Source of the DNA: a virus | Lineage: Duplodnaviria; Caudoviricetes | IMG/VR virus record: IMGVR_UViG_3300043447_000100 | Location: 96,001-160,000 of that record | Reading direction: 5' to 3' (one strand) | Length of the DNA: 64,000 nucleotides | Program-made: the position numbers and the translations under genes | The notes under the pieces: generated by a model | The model's input: only the letters and a program-made list of their open reading frames with translations | The model's database searches: none | Told to the model about the DNA's origin: nothing | Shown: positions 56,264 to 64,000 of the stretch, one piece after another | Numbering within the stretch: position 1 is the stretch's first letter | Layout of the letters: each line of letters begins with the position of its first letter

Positions 56264-56872
56264 ATGAGAATTGATGAAATTTTAAGAATCTCGACTCAGG
56301 ACTTCCCGATTAGAAATGTTCAAAAGTTGTTGCCAATGACCAAAGATGGCTACGGTACAATCGATGATCTTCAAGTGAGATATCTTGAGAGTGGTGATGA
56401 GCGCATAATTATTTTATCTAACGGAGATAAAATAGCGGCTTTTGCTGGATTTATTTCTAGACTAAACGGTAAAGTTTGGCAAGCCAAGAATTTACAAACT
56501 TATGGAGAGTACAGAGGAAATAATTTAGGTGCTAAAATATATAAGTACGTAAAAGAGATAATGAAAAAGTCCATTCAGAGTGATGTAGAGCAATCAAGTT
56601 CGGCGGAAAAATTGTGGACAAAAACTTTGCCAAGTTTAGGGATATATCCAAAAATATTCGACACTGAAACTGAATATATCATTGATGAATCTAATCCTAA
56701 CGCTTATCGAGTAGCCATTGAGAAGTTATATACTTCGAACGAAAACGACCCTGACAAATTTAGATATACATGGATACTGGAACAGTCGGATCACTATGCG
56801 GAACACAGTATTCTAAAAGAGAATCAACTACTGATGCCATATACGGGCATATGGTATAACTTTAAAACATAG
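56264..56872 (+). CDS. GNAT-like acetyltransferase
   Basis: EYRGNNLGAKIY (motif A-like) and IQSDVEQSSSAEKLW. N-terminus MRIDE. AT-rich. Confidence 0.6.
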   Translation: MRIDEILRISTQDFPIRNVQKLLPMTKDGYGTIDDLQVRYLESGDERIIILSNGDKIAAFAGFISRLNGKVWQAKNLQTYGEYRGNNLGAKIYKYVKEIMKKSIQSDVEQSSSAEKLWTKTLPSLGIYPKIFDTETEYIIDESNPNAYRVAIEKLYTSNENDPDKFRYTWILEQSDHYAEHSILKENQLLMPYTGIWYNFKT

Positions 56873-56882
56873 AAAGAATAAA

Positions 56883-57572
56883 ATGAGCGAAGGACAATAC
56901 GATTATAAAAATGATGACAACACCAGGTGGCATTTCTACGAGTCTTGGTTACAGGAGATGCCTCAGAGAATCAAGGCAAGAAATGACTTTCCAGGGTTGT
57001 TGAATAATTTACAAGAATTTATTTCTATATTTGGTGAAAACCAGATCAGTCAAAACATATTCAAATCAGAAAGCGAATCAACTCTCTATGTGTTCGGTAG
57101 ACTTTCCAACGAAGTATCAGTAATAACTTATATGGAAAAAACACAACAGTCTGTAAAAATAATGAACACTCAGAAAAATGAAAAATTCAAAGGCACAAGG
57201 CCAGGGGCCGTTGATCTCTATCTGAACGCTCTTGAAATAGTAAAACCAAAATCCCTTATGTTTACTAGTGACAATCAAATGACTGATCGTGGTTTGGAAA
57301 TATGGAAGAAATTATTGTCTATGGGAAAACATATTAGTGTTTATGACGTAACTAATAAATCAAGAGCTGGTCAGACCCTGAAGCAACTAAGTTCGCCTGA
57401 AGAGTTGGAACAATACTTTAGAAATGATCTTGTCGGACAGCATTACCGATATGTACTATCTGAATCAATAGAAGAATTCAATAATTACACATATTGTAAT
57501 TTTATGACAAGAAGAATATGCGAAAGCGCTGGAACAATAAATGATGATTTTTACAAGGACGAAGACAAATGA
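56883..57572 (+). CDS. Divergent GNAT-like protein
   Basis: KFKG...AVDLY and FTSDNQMTDRGLEIWKKL parallel the motifs of the upstream gene; both end in a (F/Y)RY..(L)..E segment. Confidence 0.5.
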   Translation: MSEGQYDYKNDDNTRWHFYESWLQEMPQRIKARNDFPGLLNNLQEFISIFGENQISQNIFKSESESTLYVFGRLSNEVSVITYMEKTQQSVKIMNTQKNEKFKGTRPGAVDLYLNALEIVKPKSLMFTSDNQMTDRGLEIWKKLLSMGKHISVYDVTNKSRAGQTLKQLSSPEELEQYFRNDLVGQHYRYVLSESIEEFNNYTYCNFMTRRICESAGTINDDFYKDEDK

Positions 57573-57584
57573 GCAAAGAACAAT
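57569..57584 (+). pseudogene. Orphaned 5' remnant of nrdB (ATG AGC AAA GAA CAA T = MSKEQ)
   Basis: Encodes the same first five residues as nrdB at 58104 (ATG TCA AAA GAA CAA TAC); ends at the HNH stop codon. Confidence 0.75.
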
Positions 57585-58078
57585 CAAGGAACAATCTGCC
57601 AACCACTGACAGATTTTCTTTTGCCTCTTATTACTTCTATCAAATTACTTTGATGAACATTATAAGTGTTGGCCATCTCGTACTGAGTAGCGGTTATTAT
57701 CTGGCCAGTCGTCTTATTTTTAAAAGTATGCGTGGAGGGGTCGTATGATGGATGAGAGATTCCCTTCTTTAACAAATGATGTGTGCCGTTCTGTACTCTT
57801 TGATTATTTGCTAGAGTCGCTATCTCGGACAACTTGTCCGATGACATTCCCATTCTATGAGCAATCATTTGACACGCTTTGTATTCACCGAGAGAATAAT
57901 GAATATCATAGTGTTCTTGAAGTGATACTGCTTTTAGATTGGAAGGCTCATTGTTTTGATGGTCACCGTCGATATGATGAATGTCAAATCGTCGACCAAA
58001 TTCATCCTTTGGAATCTCTCCAAAATGTTTTATATAGATATGCCTATAATTAATATGCTTTCTTTTATAAAATTTCAT
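57584..58078 (-). mobile_element. HNH homing endonuclease on the opposite strand, upstream of nrdB
   Basis: YRHIY..HFG.IP, DIHHIDGDHQNN.PSNL.AVS..EH..IH, NUMOD1-like C-terminus. Confidence 0.88.
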
Positions 58079-58082
58079 CAAC

Positions 58083-58096
58083 TATTTATATAAATA
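58083..58096. promoter_or_regulatory. Palindromic bidirectional late promoter TATTTATATAAATA
   Basis: Perfect 14-bp palindrome giving TATAAATA on both strands, 4 nt before the HNH ATG and 7 nt before the nrdB ATG. Confidence 0.75.
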
Positions 58097-58103
58097 TTAC
58101 ACT

Positions 58104-59213
58104 ATGTCAAAAGAACAATACAATTTGAGCCAACAAACAAACTATCTAAAACGAACAATGTTTCTTGACCCTGCTGGTCCAGTAACAGTACAACGCTTTG
58201 AAGAAGTCAAGTACCCAAAGATTGCTAAGTACGAAGAAACAGCACGTGGATTCTTCTGGGTGCCTGAAGAAGTCTCACTAACAAAAGACAAGATTGACCA
58301 TAAAGATGCGACAGATGCTATCAAGCACATCTTTACTAGTAATCTACTTCGTCAAACAGCACTAGACTCTATTCAAGGTCGTGCGCCAGCACAAGTGTTC
58401 GGCCCAGTTATCTCTATCCCTGAACTTGAAGGCTTAGTAAGTAACTGGTCATTCTTTGAAACTAACATTCACTCTAAGTCATACTCACACATCATTCGTA
58501 ACGTCTATGGTGTCCCTAAAGAAGTATTCAATACAATTCACGACACAAAAGAAATCGTAGACATGGCTTCTAGCGTAGGTCGCTACTATGATGAGTTACA
58601 CAAACTCAACTGTATCAAAGAAACAGACGGCGACCCAAACAACTGCCCAGAGAAGTCACACATCAAAGCAATCTGGCTAGCACTACACGCCTCTTACGCA
58701 CTAGAAGCCTTACGTTTCATGGTATCATTTGCTACATCCTTAGCGATGGTCGAGAACAAGATTTACATCGGCAACGGCAACATCATTTCACTCATCCTAC
58801 AAGATGAATTGTTACACACAGAGTGGACAGCATGGCTAATCAACAACGTAGTCAAAGATGACCCTAGATTCGCCGCTATCGTAGATGAATGTGCCGCTGA
58901 AGTATATGCCTTATATGAGTCAGTCATTGCCGAAGAAAAAGCATGGGCAGACTACTTATTCATCAAGGGCCCAGTTATTGGCCTAAACGCTGAAATCTTA
59001 AAAGACTTTGTTGACTTCACTGCTTTCAACAGACTAAAAGATATCGGCATCCGCTATCAAGGCGCTCACCCCAAGACTACTCCTATTCCATGGTTCAACA
59101 AACACGTGAACATTGGCAAGAAGCAGTCAGCACTACAAGAGACAGAATCAACAAACTATGTTATCGGCGTTATGTCCGATACTGTTGACAAAGAAGCCCT
59201 ACCCGCGCTATAA
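58104..59213 (+). CDS. nrdB: Ribonucleotide reductase class Ia beta subunit
   Basis: FFWVPEE, LDSIQGR, ETNIHSKSY, LEALRF.VSF, DELLH and ALQETE..NY. Confidence 0.97.
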   Translation: MSKEQYNLSQQTNYLKRTMFLDPAGPVTVQRFEEVKYPKIAKYEETARGFFWVPEEVSLTKDKIDHKDATDAIKHIFTSNLLRQTALDSIQGRAPAQVFGPVISIPELEGLVSNWSFFETNIHSKSYSHIIRNVYGVPKEVFNTIHDTKEIVDMASSVGRYYDELHKLNCIKETDGDPNNCPEKSHIKAIWLALHASYALEALRFMVSFATSLAMVENKIYIGNGNIISLILQDELLHTEWTAWLINNVVKDDPRFAAIVDECAAEVYALYESVIAEEKAWADYLFIKGPVIGLNAEILKDFVDFTAFNRLKDIGIRYQGAHPKTTPIPWFNKHVNIGKKQSALQETESTNYVIGVMSDTVDKEALPAL

Positions 59214-59234
59214 TATAATACAAAGGAAAATAAA

Positions 59235-59480
59235 ATGATTAAAGTATACGGCAAACCACAGTGCCCATTCTGTGACCAAGCAAAAGCACTCCTAGAGAGT
59301 AAAGGTGTCGAGTATGAATACATCGACATTACTAAACAACCAGAAGCTCGTGAGATGTTAGTCGAAGCGGGCTTCCGCTCGGTACCACAAATCTACAACG
59401 GCACACACCACATCCCAGGCGGCTTTCAAGGCTTAGCTGGTATGTCAGAAGAAGAATTTAACACAAAGGTAAGAAACTAA
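59235..59480 (+). CDS. Glutaredoxin (NrdC-like)
   Basis: CPFC, SVPQI and GGF motifs. Confidence 0.93.
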   Translation: MIKVYGKPQCPFCDQAKALLESKGVEYEYIDITKQPEAREMLVEAGFRSVPQIYNGTHHIPGGFQGLAGMSEEEFNTKVRN

Positions 59481-59785
59481 TGCAACTCGCACTAAAACCA
59501 AACACAGTATACACGTTTAAGCTAACAAGTGGTGAAGAACTAATCACTAAAGTTATTCAGTCAGGCGGCGACTTCCTAAAAATTGAAGAGCCTGTATCCA
59601 TCGCTCCTAGCGCCAAGGGCATGGGCTTTATGCCAACAGTATTTACTGCTGATCCTAAGGGAGAATTCATGCTAAATACTAGTACTATCACTGTGTATTC
59701 TGAAACTGATGAAGATATCAAGATGAAGTATCTTGAAGCAACAACAGGCATCAAAGTACCAGAGAAGAAAATCGTACTAGGATAA
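59480..59785 (+). CDS. Hypothetical protein (Sm-like pattern)
   Basis: FKLTSGEELI ... Y...TTGI. Confidence 0.7.
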   Translation: MQLALKPNTVYTFKLTSGEELITKVIQSGGDFLKIEEPVSIAPSAKGMGFMPTVFTADPKGEFMLNTSTITVYSETDEDIKMKYLEATTGIKVPEKKIVLG

Positions 59786-59788
59786 ACA

Positions 59789-60073
59789 ATGGCTGGATTG
59801 AGCAGAGTAGGAGATACAAACGGAGTTGGCGGCACCCTAACGAACGCGGCAAGCACCGTGTTTATCAACGGCAAGCCAGCCGCGCTTCACGTGAGTCCTA
59901 TTACTCCTCATTCACCATTTGGTAGACCACATCCACCACATGCTTCATCAAAAACAACTGGCGGTGTAACATCTACGGTATTCATTGAAGGTAAACCAGC
60001 AGTTATGAAGGGTACAAGTACATCTTGTGGACATAGCATAGCAGACGGTAGCGGAGACGTATTCGGATCATGA
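59789..60073 (+). CDS. PAAR-type baseplate spike tip protein
   Basis: RVGD, TVFINGKPAA, TVFIEGKPAV and CGH.I..GS.DVF. Confidence 0.9.
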   Translation: MAGLSRVGDTNGVGGTLTNAASTVFINGKPAALHVSPITPHSPFGRPHPPHASSKTTGGVTSTVFIEGKPAVMKGTSTSCGHSIADGSGDVFGS

Positions 60074-62649
60074 GTTTTTCAGGCAAATTTACCCCACTAC
60101 AACTAAACGTACTAAGTTCATTCACTGGTGCGCCTAATCACGCAGCCGATTCGACACTAGGTATACCTGCTAATACTTCTGGTGATCCTGAAGGCATTGA
60201 AATTTCTAGTGCTACTAGAACTTACGCCGGTTCATGGTCAACTAGTTATACACCAGGCAAGTTAGTAAACGATACCGCCTTAAAAAATCTAACTCTTGCT
60301 ATTCAAACAGCATACACTAACTTAGGCGCAACCCCATCTCAAGCTAACGTTAACATCTACAGAGCAATGCTACAAATAGGACAAAGCGTTTGCCCTGCGT
60401 TGGGTAACAGCAGACCAGACACATTCATGCCTACATACGCTGGTTACGGCAGTTGGGACGAAACAACCGGCAATCAGTTGAGTGGTAACTACCCGCCTAA
60501 AAACTACCCGGCTGTCACTAAGTACAGTTATGTACAACAGGCCGCAGGTAAACTAGCATGGCTCTATTCTTGGCCAGCACGAGCATACACAACGGGCGGC
60601 CAAGATCAAATCAGCAGTTGGCAAAAACCATACGACTCCTACAAAGCTATTCTTGAACCTACAGCAACAGACGGCTTAAACTCAATCACGCTATTAGGCA
60701 CCGCTTACAACAATGAGTATGATGCTTATTTCAAAGACGGCTTCATCGGTACTATTGCTAAGCAAGCATACTATGAAATGTGGCGCGGTAAATCATTCAA
60801 CAGATTCAACCTATTCTGCGATTCATTTCAGAAAGCATATTCGTTCAAAGAATCACAAAACAAGCGCATCGCAAGTTTAGCAAACTCTAAGAGTTTCAAA
60901 AGCGGCATGTTTAGTAACATGGACGATTTGACTACCAGTGATATCAGTGGCGTGTCTATTGCGTTTGCTGCATTCGGTACAGACTTGTTAAACACAGGTA
61001 GAGCAATCGACTTATCACAAATCAACAAGTTCGGACTACCTAGCGTATTACTACGCACCTTACAAGACAACAAGTGCTTAACACAAGCAGTCAAAATTGC
61101 TATGACCTTGTATTCTGATTTACAAGCAACAGAAGTACTTGACATACTATCAACAGATTACACACCGACAAATGAGCAAGAAGTAAAACTCTACAAATCA
61201 TTCGGCTTAATTACAGGCAATGACTTAGATGAAATCTTATTCTCTCTAAACTGTAAAACAGCAGGCATTACTTACCTAAGCGACTTACTTGATATCAAGA
61301 AGTTGATGCCTACTTCATACACAACCCTAACTGTACCTCAGTACAACTTAGACAGAAACATATCTAACAGTGCTAAGATTTACAAGTTCATTTTCAGCGG
61401 CAGCGGCGCTAACCCTTCAATCGAAAACTGGGGTACATATCTAGAAGGCATTCTTTCAAAAGACTTAGTGCTTACTAACGGCGCATTTTCAATGACAATG
61501 CAACAAATCAAGTTCATTAGAAGTATGAAGATTGAAAAGTTCGCCCAGATTGTTGCTAACCTAGAGTTAGTAACTAAGGGCATGAACTTGATTACGACTA
61601 CAAACGGCACAGCAGTAAACACCTCATTCGTAGACAATACACTTGATAAGATAGCGTTAGGTACTGGCGCTGACGGCACATATAAGATGGCTGATTTCTT
61701 TGGCTCGGCTGCTGGCTATCCATACATTGATTATTATTACGATAAAATTATTTCGTCAATCAACTCATTAGCTACTACCGCACTCAAAGACATATACACT
61801 CAGATGTTAGCAGCCGCTACAGCGTCAAACTGGTCATTACTAAGCACTAAGATCGTCGAAGCAAACGCAGAAATCGCCGCAATTAGAACTAGAAGCACAA
61901 TAAATGCGGCTCAGATGGATCAACTCAATTTCATGTGGAACAAACTAGGTTCACAAATGACTACTGAGCAAAGAATGCAGCCGTATGTTATTGATAATCC
62001 TCAACAACTGCTAGAGAACGTACCTGAATTCAGTGTTGAGAGTTTCGTAAGTCAAATTGAAGCGTATGCTATTGACAATGCTGACGGTCAAAGTTCTAGA
62101 ATTTTAGGCTTACTATCTGACCAACGCTATGTTGGTGGCCAATCACTAGTTGCCGCACTCAGAGAAGCACGTAACGCAACACGATTAGAGCGAACTGACG
62201 GCGAACTACAGAACGATGTCAGCAATTATGTTGATACTTGTGCTGCAAGTGCTCTGGCCACCGTTGTAAACGGCACTATAACGGCAGTTACGATAAATAC
62301 ATCAGGAGCTGGATACTCAGTTGCCAATCCACCATCAGTGATGGTGTATCCGGTCAACGTGGATGTACAAGCCACATTCACTCCTAAAATATCTACCATT
62401 GATGGTAGTGTGACCAGTATCGTTGTTACTAACGGAGGTAAAGGATACAATCAAGATACGGTCCGTTTGGTGATTCAATCACCGCCACAGTGTCAGTACT
62501 CTGATAGCTCATCGCAACAGAGTCTAGTAGACACACCTTGGGGCCAATTAGTTGAACCTGAACTAATAGCCGATACATCAAGCCAGCTTGATGTCCAAGA
62601 AGCCATCGCCCAAGTTACCCTATGTAACTGCGATTGCTGGGACGTATAA
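60070..62649 (+). CDS. Putative baseplate / hub structural protein, 859 aa
   Basis: Coupled to the PAAR gene; C-terminal G.IT.V.I...G.GY repeats and CNCDCW end. Confidence 0.55.
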   Translation: MSFSGKFTPLQLNVLSSFTGAPNHAADSTLGIPANTSGDPEGIEISSATRTYAGSWSTSYTPGKLVNDTALKNLTLAIQTAYTNLGATPSQANVNIYRAMLQIGQSVCPALGNSRPDTFMPTYAGYGSWDETTGNQLSGNYPPKNYPAVTKYSYVQQAAGKLAWLYSWPARAYTTGGQDQISSWQKPYDSYKAILEPTATDGLNSITLLGTAYNNEYDAYFKDGFIGTIAKQAYYEMWRGKSFNRFNLFCDSFQKAYSFKESQNKRIASLANSKSFKSGMFSNMDDLTTSDISGVSIAFAAFGTDLLNTGRAIDLSQINKFGLPSVLLRTLQDNKCLTQAVKIAMTLYSDLQATEVLDILSTDYTPTNEQEVKLYKSFGLITGNDLDEILFSLNCKTAGITYLSDLLDIKKLMPTSYTTLTVPQYNLDRNISNSAKIYKFIFSGSGANPSIENWGTYLEGILSKDLVLTNGAFSMTMQQIKFIRSMKIEKFAQIVANLELVTKGMNLITTTNGTAVNTSFVDNTLDKIALGTGADGTYKMADFFGSAAGYPYIDYYYDKIISSINSLATTALKDIYTQMLAAATASNWSLLSTKIVEANAEIAAIRTRSTINAAQMDQLNFMWNKLGSQMTTEQRMQPYVIDNPQQLLENVPEFSVESFVSQIEAYAIDNADGQSSRILGLLSDQRYVGGQSLVAALREARNATRLERTDGELQNDVSNYVDTCAASALATVVNGTITAVTINTSGAGYSVANPPSVMVYPVNVDVQATFTPKISTIDGSVTSIVVTNGGKGYNQDTVRLVIQSPPQCQYSDSSSQQSLVDTPWGQLVEPELIADTSSQLDVQEAIAQVTLCNCDCWDV

Positions 62650-62699
62650 CAATAATAACAAGTCTTCAGCTTAGCTTCTTACGAGTCAAAGGACAATCT

Positions 62700-63260
62700 A
62701 TGCTTATTTCAAGAAGCGTTATAACGCTATGCGTTATGCTATTCGCTACATTTTTTGTAGCATCAAATCTAGGTCAGTCGCAGCCAATGCCACTACCACC
62801 AGTAGCCAAATTAGATATCAAGCAAGCACAATGTATTGCCACTGCTATCTACTACGAAGCACGTAACGAACCACTAGCAGGCCAAGTAGCAGTTGCTAAA
62901 GTCATTATGAACAGAGTGCTACACAAGTTTGCTAAAGACCCATGCTCAGTTGTGTATCAACGCACACCTATCGCAGACAGTAGTGGCAATGTTGTGGGCA
63001 CCTTATGTCAATTCTCATGGGTATGTGAGAATCGTGGCCAGCCCAGCATCAAAAGCGCAAAGTATGCTCAAGCACTAGCAATCGCTACAGAAGTAATGAT
63101 TACTGACAAGTGGGACAACTTACTGCCTAATAACGTGCTGTTCTTTCACGCAATCACGGCCGCACCTCAGTGGGTCTATAAGAAAGTAACAACAATCGGC
63201 AATCACGTATTCTACAGCAAAGGCCGAGAAAAGAAAGTTACTTCTGATAAGAAGGCTTGA
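62700..63260 (+). CDS. SleB-like cell wall hydrolase (Hydrolase_2) with N-terminal membrane anchor
   Basis: C.A.AIYYEARNE...GQ.AVA.VIMNRV, CQFSW and IGNHVFY. ATG 62700 follows AAGGA. Confidence 0.9.
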   Translation: MLISRSVITLCVMLFATFFVASNLGQSQPMPLPPVAKLDIKQAQCIATAIYYEARNEPLAGQVAVAKVIMNRVLHKFAKDPCSVVYQRTPIADSSGNVVGTLCQFSWVCENRGQPSIKSAKYAQALAIATEVMITDKWDNLLPNNVLFFHAITAAPQWVYKKVTTIGNHVFYSKGREKKVTSDKKA

Positions 63261-63999
63261 AGCGTAGCAGTTTCAACACATAATACGTTACATCAATCTG
63301 CCACCACTTCTCACCAAAGTTCATTTGTGTAGGAGTAGCGTGGTGATTGTTGTGCCAACCTTCGCCCCAAACAAAGATGCCAGTCAACCAGTGATTAGTG
63401 CTTGTATCTTTGCTTTCGTGATCTTGCCAACCTACCATGTGTGATAATGTGTTGATACTGCTACCAGCATGCCACAAAATAAAGCTAGGGAACAACCATA
63501 GATATATGATAGCAAACGGGTCATAAGTCCAGCAAGCAACCGCATACAAGCCATGAACTAGCCAATAGTTCTTGTGTAATTGTAGATGAAATTTGCTACG
63601 TAGCATATCAGGCACATATCGAACATGCGGTTCATGAAACATACTGAAGAACTGTACCTTCCACCATGGTTGATGGTGTGGCGAGTGTGGGTCACGATCG
63701 GTGTCTGTGAAGCGATGATGCTCACGATGTACAGAGCACCACGCAATAGTGCTACCTGTACCGCCGATGGTGCCACACAAACTACCAAAATATTCCCACC
63801 ACTTAGGCGCCAAGTAACTCTTGTGACTGAGTAAGCGATGATATGTGCCACTCATGCCAATCGAGCCAGTAAAGAAGAACACGACAAACGCGGCAAGATA
63901 ATGTTGCCAGCTACCCCACATCAACATAAATATCACGCTAATGTGAGTAATGATCTGGAATAATAATAGGTAGTTTATTTTGGATGTTTTCATTATCAT
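63238..63999 (-). CDS. Membrane fatty-acid (delta-9-type) desaturase
   Basis: His boxes HRLLSH, HREHH and GEGWHNNHH; D.DPHSP; hydrophobic segments. Start is at 63999 or 63993, at the window edge. Confidence 0.92.
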   Translation of the reverse strand: MIMKTSKINYLLLFQIITHISVIFMLMWGSWQHYLAAFVVFFFTGSIGMSGTYHRLLSHKSYLAPKWWEYFGSLCGTIGGTGSTIAWCSVHREHHRFTDTDRDPHSPHHQPWWKVQFFSMFHEPHVRYVPDMLRSKFHLQLHKNYWLVHGLYAVACWTYDPFAIIYLWLFPSFILWHAGSSINTLSHMVGWQDHESKDTSTNHWLTGIFVWGEGWHNNHHATPTQMNFGEKWWQIDVTYYVLKLLRFKPSYQK

Positions 64000-64000
64000 A

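Noticed and set aside
57745-58053. Plus-strand 102-aa ORF upstream of nrdB
   Set aside because: Antisense to the clear HNH gene and without recognisable motifs.
16413-59213. Introns or inteins in terL, uvsW, helicase, nrdA or nrdB
   Set aside because: Lengths and motif spacing are normal. All three homing endonucleases are free-standing, with no room for group I intron cores.
1-64000. Alternative genetic code (stop-codon reassignment)
   Set aside because: Genes are full-length under code 11, and TAA, TGA and TAG all end genes at sensible positions.

Overview
This window is a 64-kb segment of a large, T4-superfamily-like contractile-tailed (myo)phage genome, probably a jumbo phage of a Gram-negative host. 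It uses genetic code 11, is densely coding and lies almost entirely on the + strand. Morphogenesis genes: a very long tail sheath, tail tube, gp4-like head completion protein, terminase, PAAR, a 2258-aa repetitive fibre and a SleB-type hydrolase. Replication and recombination genes: gp32 SSB, UvsX, UvsY, UvsW, gp62-like clamp loader subunit, primase, DnaB-like helicase, exonuclease and a miniature DnaE-like polymerase fragment. Nucleotide metabolism: dNMP kinase, nrdA, nrdB and glutaredoxin. Accessory cargo: isocitrate lyase, fatty-acid desaturase, an autotransporter, two GNAT-like proteins, an AbiEii-like nucleotidyltransferase, a TAGT/GREB1-like glycosyltransferase, two methyltransferases and three free-standing homing endonucleases. 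No tRNA, rRNA or CRISPR array was seen. The most notable signals are five. (1) A Pol-beta nucleotidyltransferase / KxDG-ligase fusion sits next to an HxGH nucleotidyltransferase, and both carry T4-like capsid-targeting and prohead-protease N-termini, which suggests a virion-injected nucleotidylation or repair system. (2) About ten proteins share such N-termini. (3) There is a 198-aa DnaE core. (4) An HNH insertion duplicated the nrdB start and brought a palindromic bidirectional late promoter. (5) Leaderless genes and hairpin-gated late promoters are widespread. All product calls come from motif recognition by eye; no database search was run.
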